IMG/VR virus record: IMGVR_UViG_3300020336_000481
Span: 83,341 to 147,340 of that record
Strand: one strand, 5' to 3'
Source of the DNA: a virus
Lineage: Duplodnaviria; Caudoviricetes
Length of the DNA: 64,000 bases
This document shows positions 40,883-51,444 of the stretch, one piece after another. Position numbers and translations under genes: made by a program. The notes below the pieces were generated by a model that saw only the letters and a program-made list of their open reading frames with translations, had not been told where the DNA came from and made no database searches. Within the stretch, counting starts at the first letter, position 1; every line of letters begins with the position of its first letter.

Positions 40883-41337
40883 TGGGTTGGTATAGCGAGA
40901 TATCTCGAAACATTGGTAAGATACCTGATGCAATTAAATTCTTTGAATCAGAATTACAAGACGCACGGGTTGAGGTAAAACTAAAAGGCAATGTTGAAAA
41001 GGCTGCGGCAAATATGCCCGGCATTGTTGAACACAGGTTTAACCAACTACAAGAGATTGAAGCTATACTCAACTACATGAATATTGAACTTCGACGTTTA
41101 CGTAGTTCGTATTTCAAAAAATATCTTGAAAACTATCAACGAGCTCTGTCAAGCCGTGACGTTGAAAAATACGTTGACGGTGAGGCAGACGTTGTTGATT
41201 ATGAAAAGATTATTAATGAGTTTGCCTTACTTAGAAATAAATGGTTAGGATTATTAAAAGGACTTGATCAAAAACAGTGGCAGATAACAAATGTAGTTAA
41301 ATTAAGAGTTGCTGGAATGGAAGATGCATCAGTCTAA
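40882..41337 (+). CDS. uvsY: Recombination mediator (UvsY-like)
   Basis: Coiled coil; YVDGEADV; KQWQITNVVKLRVAG; near uvsX. Confidence 0.75.
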   Translation: MGWYSEISRNIGKIPDAIKFFESELQDARVEVKLKGNVEKAAANMPGIVEHRFNQLQEIEAILNYMNIELRRLRSSYFKKYLENYQRALSSRDVEKYVDGEADVVDYEKIINEFALLRNKWLGLLKGLDQKQWQITNVVKLRVAGMEDASV

Positions 41338-42163
41338 ATATAATGTAATATCAAGTGCAAATCAAAAATATTGGGAATCGGGTTCAAGGATCAATACGTT
41401 AACATGGGATCTAAATCTTGCTTCATATATTAATATACACACATATGCTGAAGATAAACTAGATACAACGGGGTTTAGCACACGTTGCCATTGGTATGAT
41501 CTATATAATGAATGTCCTGATATATTAGAGTTTAAAGAAAAATACAAAGACGATCCTCATTACAACGGAACAAAAGAAACAGGCTTACAAGCATACAAGT
41601 TCAATGCAATTAAGTTTGCACATAAAACATTTCCAATATTTGATCTAGCAAAAAAATTAAATACAGGTTGGCTTATGTGGGTTGATAGTGATGTTATAAT
41701 TTATAAAACATTAGAAAAAGATTTCTTAAATCAAATTTGTCCTCAAAGTAAAGCAATTACATACTTAGGCAGACCGTCAATGTATAGTGAATGCGGCTTT
41801 ATAGGATTTAATTTAGACATGCCAGAAACTAAAATATTCTTAGAACGTTTTAAAGACTTTTATACTAGCGGCAATCTTAGTAATATTAGAGAAACACACG
41901 ACTCATTTGTATTTGATCAAGTTATGGAATCATTCTCGGACAAAACAAAATTTTATAACTTAAATACATATGCAAAGACTAACAAGCATCCGTTTTTACA
42001 ATCTGTTTTAAAAGAACGTATGACACATGCTAAGGGTTTAGAAAAATTAAGAGTACAAAGAAAATATTTAAAACGTTTTAAGATGCATAAATTTTTAGAA
42101 GAACATGATCGAATGATGGAGTTTCTACATAAAAAATATGGTCATCTTGGCGCTATAAAATAG
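41309..42163 (+). CDS. GT-A fold glycosyltransferase, paralog of 47025-47873
   Basis: AIKFAHK, WVDSD (DxD), ECGFIGFNL, HDSFVF. Confidence 0.6.
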   Translation: MLEWKMHQSKYNVISSANQKYWESGSRINTLTWDLNLASYINIHTYAEDKLDTTGFSTRCHWYDLYNECPDILEFKEKYKDDPHYNGTKETGLQAYKFNAIKFAHKTFPIFDLAKKLNTGWLMWVDSDVIIYKTLEKDFLNQICPQSKAITYLGRPSMYSECGFIGFNLDMPETKIFLERFKDFYTSGNLSNIRETHDSFVFDQVMESFSDKTKFYNLNTYAKTNKHPFLQSVLKERMTHAKGLEKLRVQRKYLKRFKMHKFLEEHDRMMEFLHKKYGHLGAIK

Positions 42164-42175
42164 AAAGAGAGATTA

Positions 42176-42745
42176 ATGTTGCAAGAACATTTAGGCGGAC
42201 ATGCCGGCAAAACACATTTAGATAAAATGGCGATAGCCTGGATTAAAGAAAAATTTTTAGCAAAAAGTTTTTTAGATATAGGATGTGGTCCTGGAGGCAT
42301 GGTCGAATATGCAACTTCGCAAGGCTTAGATGCAGTGGGCATCGATGGCGATCATACTCTTAAAAGATTTGACGATAGTAAATTTATATTACACGACTTT
42401 ACTAACGGTCCTTGTCCATTGTCTAAACAGTATGACTTTGGTTGGAGTTGTGAGTTTGTAGAACATGTATATGAAAAATATATTCCTAACTATATTCAAT
42501 CTTTTCAAAATTGTAAAGTAGTAATGATTACATATGCTCCACCAGGTTGGGTAGGACATCATCATGTTAACTGTCAAGAAGAATATTATTGGATCGATAA
42601 ATTTAAAGGATACGGATTAGAATATAGAAAAGATTGGACTGAAGAATTGCGTAAAATTAGCTCTATGAATACTAAAAAAGGCAACGCTACGAAAAAATCT
42701 TTTGTAAAAAATAGAGGATTAATTTTTCAGAATGTCGCAAGATAA
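42176..42745 (+). CDS. Class I SAM methyltransferase
   Basis: LDIGCGPG, GIDG, EFVEH. Confidence 0.8.
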   Translation: MLQEHLGGHAGKTHLDKMAIAWIKEKFLAKSFLDIGCGPGGMVEYATSQGLDAVGIDGDHTLKRFDDSKFILHDFTNGPCPLSKQYDFGWSCEFVEHVYEKYIPNYIQSFQNCKVVMITYAPPGWVGHHHVNCQEEYYWIDKFKGYGLEYRKDWTEELRKISSMNTKKGNATKKSFVKNRGLIFQNVAR

Positions 42746-43673
42746 AGAACCTTTAGTTTTAGGAATAGAAGAAATGTATAGGAATCATCCTATACCTAAT
42801 CTACCAAATTTTAAAATTGTACCTTTTAACGATCCTTTATTAGAACAAGCAGACATATACATACAAAATAATATTATAGATCAAAAAAGAAAAAAATTTA
42901 AAAAATATTATCAATATATTATTGACAGCGGTAAGCCTTATATATGTGTTGAGTCTGCTGTATTTAGACGCAACATGAAACAGCCTCCACACCCAAAAGC
43001 ATATCATAGATACAGTTGGTTTAGTTATTTTAGAGACGAAGGCTTATATAATAATTTAAATTCAAGTGGAGATCGTTGGAAAAAAATACAACAAGATCAA
43101 AATATAGAAATAAAAGATTGGCGACACGAAGGCGAATATATATTATTGATTATGCAACGCCCTGGAGATAGTAGTTTAAAAAACTTAATGGCTAAGCATG
43201 GCGACTACGAATCTTTTATTACTAATGTATTAAACGAAATAAGAACATATACTGATAGAAAAATACGTATAAGATTACATCCGTTAAGACAAGAAATACA
43301 ACACGAAATCTTAAAAAAAATAAATGCACCTAATATTGAAATTAGTACAAATATACAAGGAGCAGGTTTACTAGAAGGTGGAAATGGATTATACGAAGAC
43401 TTTAAACATGCAAGAGTAGTTGTAGGATTTAATTCAAATGCACTAACAGAAAGTGTATGTGAAGGCATACCTACTTTTAGTTTATGCCCAAGTTCAATGG
43501 CTTGGGAGTGTTCAAACCACGATTTAAAATATATAGAAACTCCTGTTATAGATTTAGATAGGACATACTGGTTGCGTAATTTAGGTTATTGTCAATGGAG
43601 TGAAGAAGAAATAGAAAGGGGCGATCCTTGGTATCATCTCAGATCATTGTATCCAGATAACTTGGCTCGATAA
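42732..43673 (+). CDS. KpsC/KpsS-like (Capsule_synth) GT-B glycosyltransferase
   Basis: MQRPGD (QxxxD), IRLHP, GFNSNALTESVCEGIP. Confidence 0.6.
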   Translation: MSQDKEPLVLGIEEMYRNHPIPNLPNFKIVPFNDPLLEQADIYIQNNIIDQKRKKFKKYYQYIIDSGKPYICVESAVFRRNMKQPPHPKAYHRYSWFSYFRDEGLYNNLNSSGDRWKKIQQDQNIEIKDWRHEGEYILLIMQRPGDSSLKNLMAKHGDYESFITNVLNEIRTYTDRKIRIRLHPLRQEIQHEILKKINAPNIEISTNIQGAGLLEGGNGLYEDFKHARVVVGFNSNALTESVCEGIPTFSLCPSSMAWECSNHDLKYIETPVIDLDRTYWLRNLGYCQWSEEEIERGDPWYHLRSLYPDNLAR

Positions 43674-43681
43674 GTATTACT

Positions 43682-44458
43682 ATGGAACAAGTTGTATTAG
43701 TTACAGGTGGTTTTGACCCCTTACACTCAGGACACATTGAGTACTTTAAAGAAGCAAAAAAACTTGGCACTAAACTAATTGTTGGTGTTAATTCGGACGA
43801 TTGGCTTACACGTAAAAAAGGCAGACCATTTATGCCATTTACAGAACGTGTTGCACTTATAGAAGAAATGAAAGTAGTTGATAAAGTTATCGGCTTTGAT
43901 GATAGCGATGACAGTGCATGTCATGCTATATTCCATACTATGAGTACACACGGATCTGGAACTAAAGTTATCTTTGCTAACGGCGGAGATAGGACTAATA
44001 CTACTACACCTGAATACAAAACATATAGTAGCTATCCACATGTAGATTTTGTATTTGGAGTTGGCGGCGAACATAAAATGAATTCTAGTAGTTGGATACT
44101 AGAGGAATGGAAAGCCCCAAAGACAGAGCGTACATGGGGATATTACAGAGTGATACATGAATACGATAAACACACTAAAGTAAAAGAGTTAGCAGTACCG
44201 CCCGGCGGCAAACTGTCAATGCAACGCCACAAAGAACGTGCAGAGCATTGGTTTATTGCAGAAGGTACAGCAACAGTATATACAATAAACAATAAGACAG
44301 ATATAGAAACATTAGGAGTATATCAACAGCATAAGTCATTACACATACCTGTAGGCACTTGGCATCAACTTGCTAATGAGCATGACACTGATTTAAAATT
44401 AGTAGAAATACAATATGGTACTAAATGCGTGGAGGAAGACATTGAACGAAGATCTTAA
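43682..44458 (+). CDS. Cytidylyltransferase-like domain fused to MPI type II-like cupin
   Basis: TGGFDPLHSGH, NGGDR; ERTWGYY, LSMQRH, EHW, VEIQYG. Confidence 0.8.
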   Translation: MEQVVLVTGGFDPLHSGHIEYFKEAKKLGTKLIVGVNSDDWLTRKKGRPFMPFTERVALIEEMKVVDKVIGFDDSDDSACHAIFHTMSTHGSGTKVIFANGGDRTNTTTPEYKTYSSYPHVDFVFGVGGEHKMNSSSWILEEWKAPKTERTWGYYRVIHEYDKHTKVKELAVPPGGKLSMQRHKERAEHWFIAEGTATVYTINNKTDIETLGVYQQHKSLHIPVGTWHQLANEHDTDLKLVEIQYGTKCVEEDIERRS

Positions 44459-46154
44459 AGTATTTGTAGGATACGATAGTCGAGAAGATATTGCATATCA
44501 AGTATGTAAACACTCATTAGAACAAAATAACAAAAAGAAAAATATAAAAATTGAACCTATCGCGTTGAGTCAATTACAAGAAGATTTAATCTATACAAGA
44601 GATGTAGACCCGTTAGCAAGTACCGAGTTTACGTTCAGCAGATTCTTAGTTCCGTATCTTATGGAATATAAAGGCTGGGCAGTGTTTTGTGATTGTGATT
44701 TTTTATGGTTAGATGATATACAAAAATTATTTGATAAAATGGATCCACGGTATGCAGTTATGTGTGTACACCATGACTATAATCCTCATGGTAGAGTAAA
44801 AATGGACGGTAAACAACAAACTATTTACCCACGAAAAAATTGGAGTAGTTTAGTTTTATGGAACTGTGGACATCCAAGTAACCAACAAGTAACAAAAGAA
44901 TTAGTTAATAATCCTGAAACAACAGGACAATACATGCATAGATTTAGTTGGCTCAAAGATGAAGAAATTGGACAACTATCACATGAATGGAACTGGTTAA
45001 CTGATTGGTATAAAGAACCACAAGATGGCAAACCAAGAGCATTACATTATACAGAAGGTGGTCCTTGGTTTAAAGATTATGAAAGATGTGATTACGCAGT
45101 TGACTGGTTACTTGCAGAAAAAAGTTACATTAGTCACAAGCGTAAAGGTGAAAAGAAAGATAAAAAGCTCGGACCGTTTGAAGGGTTTAAACCAGAGTTA
45201 AATGAATATATTCAAAAAGCAATAAATTATAGTATCGATCCTAAAGGACTTTATTTAAAAAATAGTTCAATAGAGGATCTAAAGGAGTGTGTTAAGAAAA
45301 TGGGAGATAAGGTAGCAGCAATTGATAGTAGTGGCCCTGGCGGCATCGACTATGCAACAAAAGGACATGAGTACGATCCGTTACTTGTAGATTTTATATC
45401 AGGCAGTGGTGGAATATTAAGTTCATGGGATAGAGAAAAGCCTACAAACAACACACTAGTTATTAGAGGTTTAGGCGGCGGAAGTCAAAAAGCATTACGT
45501 AATTGTAAAGAAAATGATAGAGAATTTTTTGCAATTGATACAGGATACTTTGGCAACGGCAAACTTAAAAAAATACACAGAGTCACAAGAAATAATTTAC
45601 AAGAACTTGGGCCTATTAAAGTCCGTGATTTAGATCGTGCTAGAGCAATGGGTTACAAATATAGAAAGTTTAAAAAAGAAGGAACTAAAATTTTAATCTG
45701 TCCTCCAAGTATAAAAGTAATGAAGTTTTTTGATCAAGGTACTCCTGAAGAATGGGTAGAAAAAACTCTTAAACAAATTAAAGTTTTTACTAATAGACCA
45801 ATTGAAATACGTATGAAGCCTACAAGAACAGACAGGGTAACAATTAATACTATTCAAGATGCATTAGAAGATGATGTATTTTGCTTAGTAACTTATAATA
45901 GCATTGCAGCATTAGAAGCATTAATGGTAGGTAAACCCGCAATAGCATTAGGTCCTAATGCGGCACAACAAATATGTGAAACAGAGTTAAGAAACATTGA
46001 CACTCCTAAAATTCCTAGTAGGGAAGAAATGGATGCACTAATGGCATATCTTGCGTACTGTCAATTTACTCAACCTGAAATGCGTTCAGGCCATGCATGG
46101 AGAATTATAAATGAAAATAGTCAGTTACCTGAGTGGCATCCCGGTAAAGAATAA
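44442..46154 (+). CDS. Two-domain glycosyltransferase: GT8/CDI-like GT-A plus KpsC/S-like GT-B
   Basis: STEFTFSRFLVP, DCDFL, YPRKNWSS, HYTEGGPW; C-terminal VTYNSIAALEALMVGKP; TTG start after GGAGG. Confidence 0.7.
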   Translation: MNEDLKVFVGYDSREDIAYQVCKHSLEQNNKKKNIKIEPIALSQLQEDLIYTRDVDPLASTEFTFSRFLVPYLMEYKGWAVFCDCDFLWLDDIQKLFDKMDPRYAVMCVHHDYNPHGRVKMDGKQQTIYPRKNWSSLVLWNCGHPSNQQVTKELVNNPETTGQYMHRFSWLKDEEIGQLSHEWNWLTDWYKEPQDGKPRALHYTEGGPWFKDYERCDYAVDWLLAEKSYISHKRKGEKKDKKLGPFEGFKPELNEYIQKAINYSIDPKGLYLKNSSIEDLKECVKKMGDKVAAIDSSGPGGIDYATKGHEYDPLLVDFISGSGGILSSWDREKPTNNTLVIRGLGGGSQKALRNCKENDREFFAIDTGYFGNGKLKKIHRVTRNNLQELGPIKVRDLDRARAMGYKYRKFKKEGTKILICPPSIKVMKFFDQGTPEEWVEKTLKQIKVFTNRPIEIRMKPTRTDRVTINTIQDALEDDVFCLVTYNSIAALEALMVGKPAIALGPNAAQQICETELRNIDTPKIPSREEMDALMAYLAYCQFTQPEMRSGHAWRIINENSQLPEWHPGKE

Positions 46155-47028
46155 TAATCTACAAAAACCTGCTATACTTAATAATTTTATACAAGGGTGT
46201 AATGTTGTAGGAGACCAGGGTATTCCGTATGTAGGATTTGACATGCAAGAATGTGATGTTGGAGTAATACAAGGATTTACACATGTTGACGGTAAGCATC
46301 TTCCTCATTTACAATTACGATCAAAAGTAATTCAACATCAAATAAGTCGTGGCAAACATACTGTTATTGCAGATAGTAATTTATTCTTATATGCAGATCC
46401 TGCCCAACAACATAACTATTTAAGATTTAGTTTTGATGGAGTCTTTCCTAATACAGGTTTTTACTTTGATAAAGATATTGATGCTGAGCGTTGGAAAAAG
46501 ATATCTAAAAATTTAGGTATTCCTCTCAAAGACTATAGACAACAAGGCAATCATATCTTAATTTGTTTACAACGTAACGGTGGATGGAGTATGCGTGGTT
46601 TACCTGTAATGGATTGGTTAAGAAATACTATACAAGAGATTAGAAAATATAGTGACAGACCAATCATTGTTAGGGGACATCCTGGCGATAAAAAGAAAGA
46701 AATTTATCTAAAAATAAATGAGCCTAATGTACATGTAAGTGACTTTAGAAGACATATTACACAAGACTTAGATAATGCATGGGCAACTGTAACTTATAAT
46801 TCTAGCCCAGGTGTTGCTAGTTTAATTGAAGGTATACCTGTGTTTATGACTGACCCAGATCCTAATTACAGTCAATATTCAGAAGTTGCTAATCATAATT
46901 TTAAAAGATTAGAAGATCCTAAAATGTATAATAGACAAGAATGGATTGAAAAGATATCAATGTGTCATTGGAATTTTCAAGAACTTCAAAGCGGAGAAGC
47001 TTGGAGTTTTATGCGTCAATACGTTTAG
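46111..47028 (+). CDS. KpsC/KpsS-like GT-B glycosyltransferase
   Basis: ILICLQR, VRGHP, VTYNSSPGVASLIEGIP. Confidence 0.55.
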   Translation: MKIVSYLSGIPVKNNNLQKPAILNNFIQGCNVVGDQGIPYVGFDMQECDVGVIQGFTHVDGKHLPHLQLRSKVIQHQISRGKHTVIADSNLFLYADPAQQHNYLRFSFDGVFPNTGFYFDKDIDAERWKKISKNLGIPLKDYRQQGNHILICLQRNGGWSMRGLPVMDWLRNTIQEIRKYSDRPIIVRGHPGDKKKEIYLKINEPNVHVSDFRRHITQDLDNAWATVTYNSSPGVASLIEGIPVFMTDPDPNYSQYSEVANHNFKRLEDPKMYNRQEWIEKISMCHWNFQELQSGEAWSFMRQYV

Positions 47029-47873
47029 CCTTGCCAATATTGCTCAGCTCTACCTTGCATTAAATCTTTAGCACGGCTTTTGCCTTCTTCTTTACGTACA
47101 CCTTTCATATGATCAAAGTAGTCACCTAAGATACTATTAATGAAAGGATGTCCTCCTCCACCAGTCTTTGCAGTTCTTACATAAATGCTTTCAGAATAGT
47201 CATGTTCTGCATTAAACTCTTTATATTTCTTAAGTACTTCTCCAAATACATAACTATCATGCCATTCGTCTAAAGTAAACATTCCGTTATCAGCATCTTC
47301 GTACATACGTTCAAACTCTTTTAAGAATTCATATGCAACAGGATGATTTAGATTGAATCCGTAAAACCCGCACTCTGGCCAAGTCTGTGATCCTTTACCT
47401 CTACCAACGTAAGTAATATATTTGTTGTCTGGTAATAGTTCTTTAAACTTATCATAGGTAACAATACTGTGAACAAAAATATCAGCGTCCATCCATACTA
47501 CCCAATCACTACCATTTTGCTTTGCACGTTCTACACCGTCAAATACAGCATAAGTTTTATTAGCAAATCTAATAGCGTCCCATTTAAACTTCTTATGATG
47601 ATCTCTTGGACGTCTTTCAGGAAACGGACAAATACCATTTGCTTTAGGTACGTCTTTCCAACGATCCTTAAATGCATTTAATTTTGGTAATACTTCTTTT
47701 GAATTTAATATTGTAATTTGTTCTGAATTAGGATTTACAGGTTCGCAGTCTTCTGCATATACAATTAATTTTACGTTGTCATCTATTTCTTTTGCAAAAC
47801 TATCTAAAAATCTCTGTCCGTATAAATCTAATCCCGGCTTATGGAATGTGGTAACCACAGTTATTGGTTTCAT
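47025..47873 (-). CDS. GT-A fold glycosyltransferase, paralog of 41309-42163
   Basis: AIRFANK, WMDAD, ECGFYGFNL, WHDSYVF. Confidence 0.6.
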   Translation of the reverse strand: MKPITVVTTFHKPGLDLYGQRFLDSFAKEIDDNVKLIVYAEDCEPVNPNSEQITILNSKEVLPKLNAFKDRWKDVPKANGICPFPERRPRDHHKKFKWDAIRFANKTYAVFDGVERAKQNGSDWVVWMDADIFVHSIVTYDKFKELLPDNKYITYVGRGKGSQTWPECGFYGFNLNHPVAYEFLKEFERMYEDADNGMFTLDEWHDSYVFGEVLKKYKEFNAEHDYSESIYVRTAKTGGGGHPFINSILGDYFDHMKGVRKEEGKSRAKDLMQGRAEQYWQG

Positions 47874-47914
47874 ATTGTTTCCTTTGTAAATATACTACTA
47901 GGAGTATTTAACAG

Positions 47915-48757
47915 ATGATATTCAGTTTATGGACACATTATGGCGCACTTAATAGCAAACCAGTTTTTGAAGCTTTTGCAAATAGTCTTCTTAATAATGG
48001 GCATAGTGTTCTTTATAACAATGACACTGCCGATGTTAATGTTATTTGGAGCGTGTTGTTTAACGGAAGAATGGCTGGAAACAAAGCAGTCTGGGAACAA
48101 CATAAACCAACAATAGTATTAGAAGTTGGCGGCATACAACGAGGAACAACATGGAAGGTGGGACTAAATGGTATCAACCGTGATGGGGATTATTTTTCTA
48201 CTGGCAATAATAACGATCGTGCTAGGCTTTTGGGATTAGAATTAAAACCTTGGCGCACTGATGGTGAGTATATTTTAATAGCAGGACAACATGATAAAAG
48301 TTTACAATGGCAAAATATGCCTAGTATGAGTAATTGGTTTTTAGATACATATGATACTATACGACAACATACTGATCGTCCTATTATCTTTAGACCGCAT
48401 CCACGTTGCAGATTAGAACATATTGAACGTGGGTTACGCAATGTAATTAGGCACGAGCCGCAACATATTAATGGTACTTACGATGATTTTGATATGGTGT
48501 TTGATAACGTGCATTGTACTATTAGTTACAGTAGCAATCCTGGGATTCATTCTATCATCAACGGTGTTCCTGCTTTTGTTGGTCCTAGCAGTCTTGCTTA
48601 TCCTGTAGCAAATGACATAAATCACTTAGAGGATATTGAAGAACTACACACAGGTGCTAGGCAACAATGGCTAAATGATTATGCATGGACTGAATTTACT
48701 GTGGAAGAAATTTCACAGGGACTACCACTTTCTCTCTTGACTTCTGCGTTAATTTAA
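47915..48757 (+). CDS. KpsC/KpsS-like GT-B glycosyltransferase
   Basis: ILIAGQ, FRPHP, SYSSNPGIHSIINGVP. Confidence 0.55.
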   Translation: MIFSLWTHYGALNSKPVFEAFANSLLNNGHSVLYNNDTADVNVIWSVLFNGRMAGNKAVWEQHKPTIVLEVGGIQRGTTWKVGLNGINRDGDYFSTGNNNDRARLLGLELKPWRTDGEYILIAGQHDKSLQWQNMPSMSNWFLDTYDTIRQHTDRPIIFRPHPRCRLEHIERGLRNVIRHEPQHINGTYDDFDMVFDNVHCTISYSSNPGIHSIINGVPAFVGPSSLAYPVANDINHLEDIEELHTGARQQWLNDYAWTEFTVEEISQGLPLSLLTSALI

Positions 48758-48765
48758 AGTATAAT
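48737..48765 (+). promoter_or_regulatory. sigma70 promoter, leaderless geometry
   Basis: TTGACT-17 nt-TATAAT-6 nt-ATG(48772). Confidence 0.75.
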
Positions 48766-48771
48766 GTACAC

Positions 48772-49983
48772 ATGCTTACTAACACTCATACTATAGAAGA
48801 TTGCCTTGAAGTAGCTTGTGGACTTACAACAAGTCCTGCTATTAAACTACAACAAGACGATACACATATTATTTCATCACTTGCTAGGCAAGTATTTAAA
48901 GGCACAGGCTTAACAGATAAACAGTTAGATCTTAGTGTTGAAAAACTTAAAACATATGCAGATCAATTATTTGAATTAGGATATGATTTAAATCAAGCAC
49001 AGTCTAATTTACGTATTCCTTTACGTAAGATTGATAGATCTAAATGGATTAAACTTTTGCAAAAAGAAGACCTTTTGTATATTGGTATTAGATTTACTTT
49101 TAACAAAAAGTATCTAAAATACATCGAGCCATTAAATCAAAAAATAAAAAATAAACACTATGACAGAGCAAGAAAAACACATTACTTTCCTTACAGCGAA
49201 AGAAACTTATTTGATGTAATGTCATGTTTTGAAAAAAGCAACTTTGAAGTAGAAGAACAATTATTAACAGTTTACAAGGAAATTTTAAACATGAGCGAAA
49301 ACAGTAAAGACTATGTCCCTGGTGTATACGGATTTAGTTTAAAAAATTTAAATGACAATGCAATAGATTATATGATAAGCTCTGTAGGTCAGCCGTCAGC
49401 TAAAACATTACACATTTATAAAGATAGAGATCACTTGTTTGGATTAGATCATTTTGATTCAGACGACTTAGAAGAAGCACTGAATAATTTATTACCACTA
49501 ACACGTAAAGTAATTTTAAGAGAAACAAATCAAATTTTAATTGATAGTAAAGAATATAATTTTGAAGAAGTAGCATCAACACTTGTTGAGTTGCAAAGAT
49601 TCCCGTTATTAATTATATTGCCAAAAGAAGATCCATTATATCATTTAGAATATGCACACGAATGTTTTAGCAAAGTAATATCAGATGAAAGTACGTCTGT
49701 GTTATTTAGATTAGAAAATAAAGGTGAAGGTTTAGACTTTAATCAATACATAAAAGATAATAATTTAAACAAACCTCTTGACAATACAACAAAAATAGTG
49801 TATATTAGTAACAATAAACTACCTAAAACTTTGTTTAAAGTAGACTGGCAACCTGTCGCTACTTTACAATTAGATAGTGAAAGACTAGGAACTTATATTA
49901 GTACATATGTTGATGCCCATGATTTGGTAATACATTATGACACTGATGTAACTCCTTTTAACCGGAAGGTGCAAAAAATTTGA
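48772..49983 (+). CDS. Hypothetical protein upstream of UvsW
   Basis: 403 aa ORF; weak HARP-like segment. Confidence 0.55.
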   Translation: MLTNTHTIEDCLEVACGLTTSPAIKLQQDDTHIISSLARQVFKGTGLTDKQLDLSVEKLKTYADQLFELGYDLNQAQSNLRIPLRKIDRSKWIKLLQKEDLLYIGIRFTFNKKYLKYIEPLNQKIKNKHYDRARKTHYFPYSERNLFDVMSCFEKSNFEVEEQLLTVYKEILNMSENSKDYVPGVYGFSLKNLNDNAIDYMISSVGQPSAKTLHIYKDRDHLFGLDHFDSDDLEEALNNLLPLTRKVILRETNQILIDSKEYNFEEVASTLVELQRFPLLIILPKEDPLYHLEYAHECFSKVISDESTSVLFRLENKGEGLDFNQYIKDNNLNKPLDNTTKIVYISNNKLPKTLFKVDWQPVATLQLDSERLGTYISTYVDAHDLVIHYDTDVTPFNRKVQKI

Positions 49984-51443
49984 ACAGTTGTAGGTTAATA
50001 ATTCAGGATGAAGTAAACATTAAACTAGAAGGACTAGAGGTTGACGTACGACGAAAAATTGCTAATGCATTAAAGTTTGAAGTTCCGTATGCACGTTATA
50101 TGCCACAATATAAACTAGGACGTTGGGATGGCAAAGTTGCTTTCTTTGGTATTGGTGGCACTGGTTATGTTAATCATCTTGATACTGTTGTTGACATTCT
50201 ACAAAAAAATAATATTGAAATAACTGATATTGTAGATCATAGACAACATGTGGATTTACAATTTAACTCAGTTACAGAACGCTACTGGGCTGATCAAGGA
50301 GTACGTTGGCCTAAAGGTCATCCAGCAGAAGGCGAAGAGATTATTCTGCGTGACTATCAAGTAGAATCAATTAATAACTTTCTTAAGCACCCACAGAGCT
50401 TACAAGAAATTGCAACAGGCGCAGGTAAAACAATTACTACTGCAACACTTTCCCATATAACAGAAACATATGGGCGTAGTTTAATTGTTGTGCCTAACAA
50501 ATCATTAGTTACACAAACAGAAGAAGATTATATAAATTGTGGTCTTGATGTAGGTGTATACTTTGGCGACAGAAAAGAGCTAGGTAAGACTCATACTATA
50601 TGCACTTGGCAAAGTTTGAATATACTTGACAAGAAGCATAAGGATGGCTCAGCAGTATTATCACTAGCAGAGTTTCTAGATGGTGTAAGCACAATTATTG
50701 TTGACGAAGTACACCAAGCTAAAGCAGAAGTACTTAAAAACTTACTAACACGTAATTTAAAAAATGCTCCAATACGTTGGGGACTAACTGGTACTATACC
50801 AAAAGAAAGTTTTGAATTTGAAAGTATTCATGCAAGTCTAGGCCCAGTAATTGGAAACATTACTGCAAAAGAATTACAAGACAAAGGTGTACTATCACAA
50901 TGTCATGTTAATATTTGTCAACTAATAGATACAGTTGAACATAGAAACTATCAAGAAGAATTAAAGTATCTTGTTACGGATAAAAAAAGAATTGAGTATA
51001 TAGGAAAACTTTTAAACAATGTAAAACAAACAGGCAATACATTAATACTAGTAGACAGAATATCTGCAGGTGAGTTATTAGCAGAGCTTATACCTGGATC
51101 AACATTTGTTAAAGGAGATGTAAAACTAAAAGATAGAAAAGAAGCATATGATGAAATCAACGAAGGGACTAACCATGTAGTAATTGCTACATACGGAGTC
51201 GCGGCTGTTGGTATTAATATACCGCGTATTTTTAATCTTGTTCTCATTGAGCCTGGGAAAAGTTTTGTCCGGGTAATACAAAGTATAGGCAGAGGCGTAA
51301 GAAAGGCAAAAGACAAAGACTTCGTTCAAATTTGGGACTTAACATCAACGTGTAAGTTTGCGAAGCGACATCTAACTCAACGTAAAAAGTTTTACAAAGA
51401 GGCAGAGTATCCATTTACAATAGAAAAAATAAATTGGAATTAA
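49980..51443 (+). CDS. uvsW: SF2 DNA helicase (UvsW-like)
   Basis: LRDYQ, ATGAGKT, VDEVH, LTGT, QSIGRGVR. Confidence 0.88.
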   Translation: MNSCRLIIQDEVNIKLEGLEVDVRRKIANALKFEVPYARYMPQYKLGRWDGKVAFFGIGGTGYVNHLDTVVDILQKNNIEITDIVDHRQHVDLQFNSVTERYWADQGVRWPKGHPAEGEEIILRDYQVESINNFLKHPQSLQEIATGAGKTITTATLSHITETYGRSLIVVPNKSLVTQTEEDYINCGLDVGVYFGDRKELGKTHTICTWQSLNILDKKHKDGSAVLSLAEFLDGVSTIIVDEVHQAKAEVLKNLLTRNLKNAPIRWGLTGTIPKESFEFESIHASLGPVIGNITAKELQDKGVLSQCHVNICQLIDTVEHRNYQEELKYLVTDKKRIEYIGKLLNNVKQTGNTLILVDRISAGELLAELIPGSTFVKGDVKLKDRKEAYDEINEGTNHVVIATYGVAAVGINIPRIFNLVLIEPGKSFVRVIQSIGRGVRKAKDKDFVQIWDLTSTCKFAKRHLTQRKKFYKEAEYPFTIEKINWN

Positions 51444-51444
51444 T

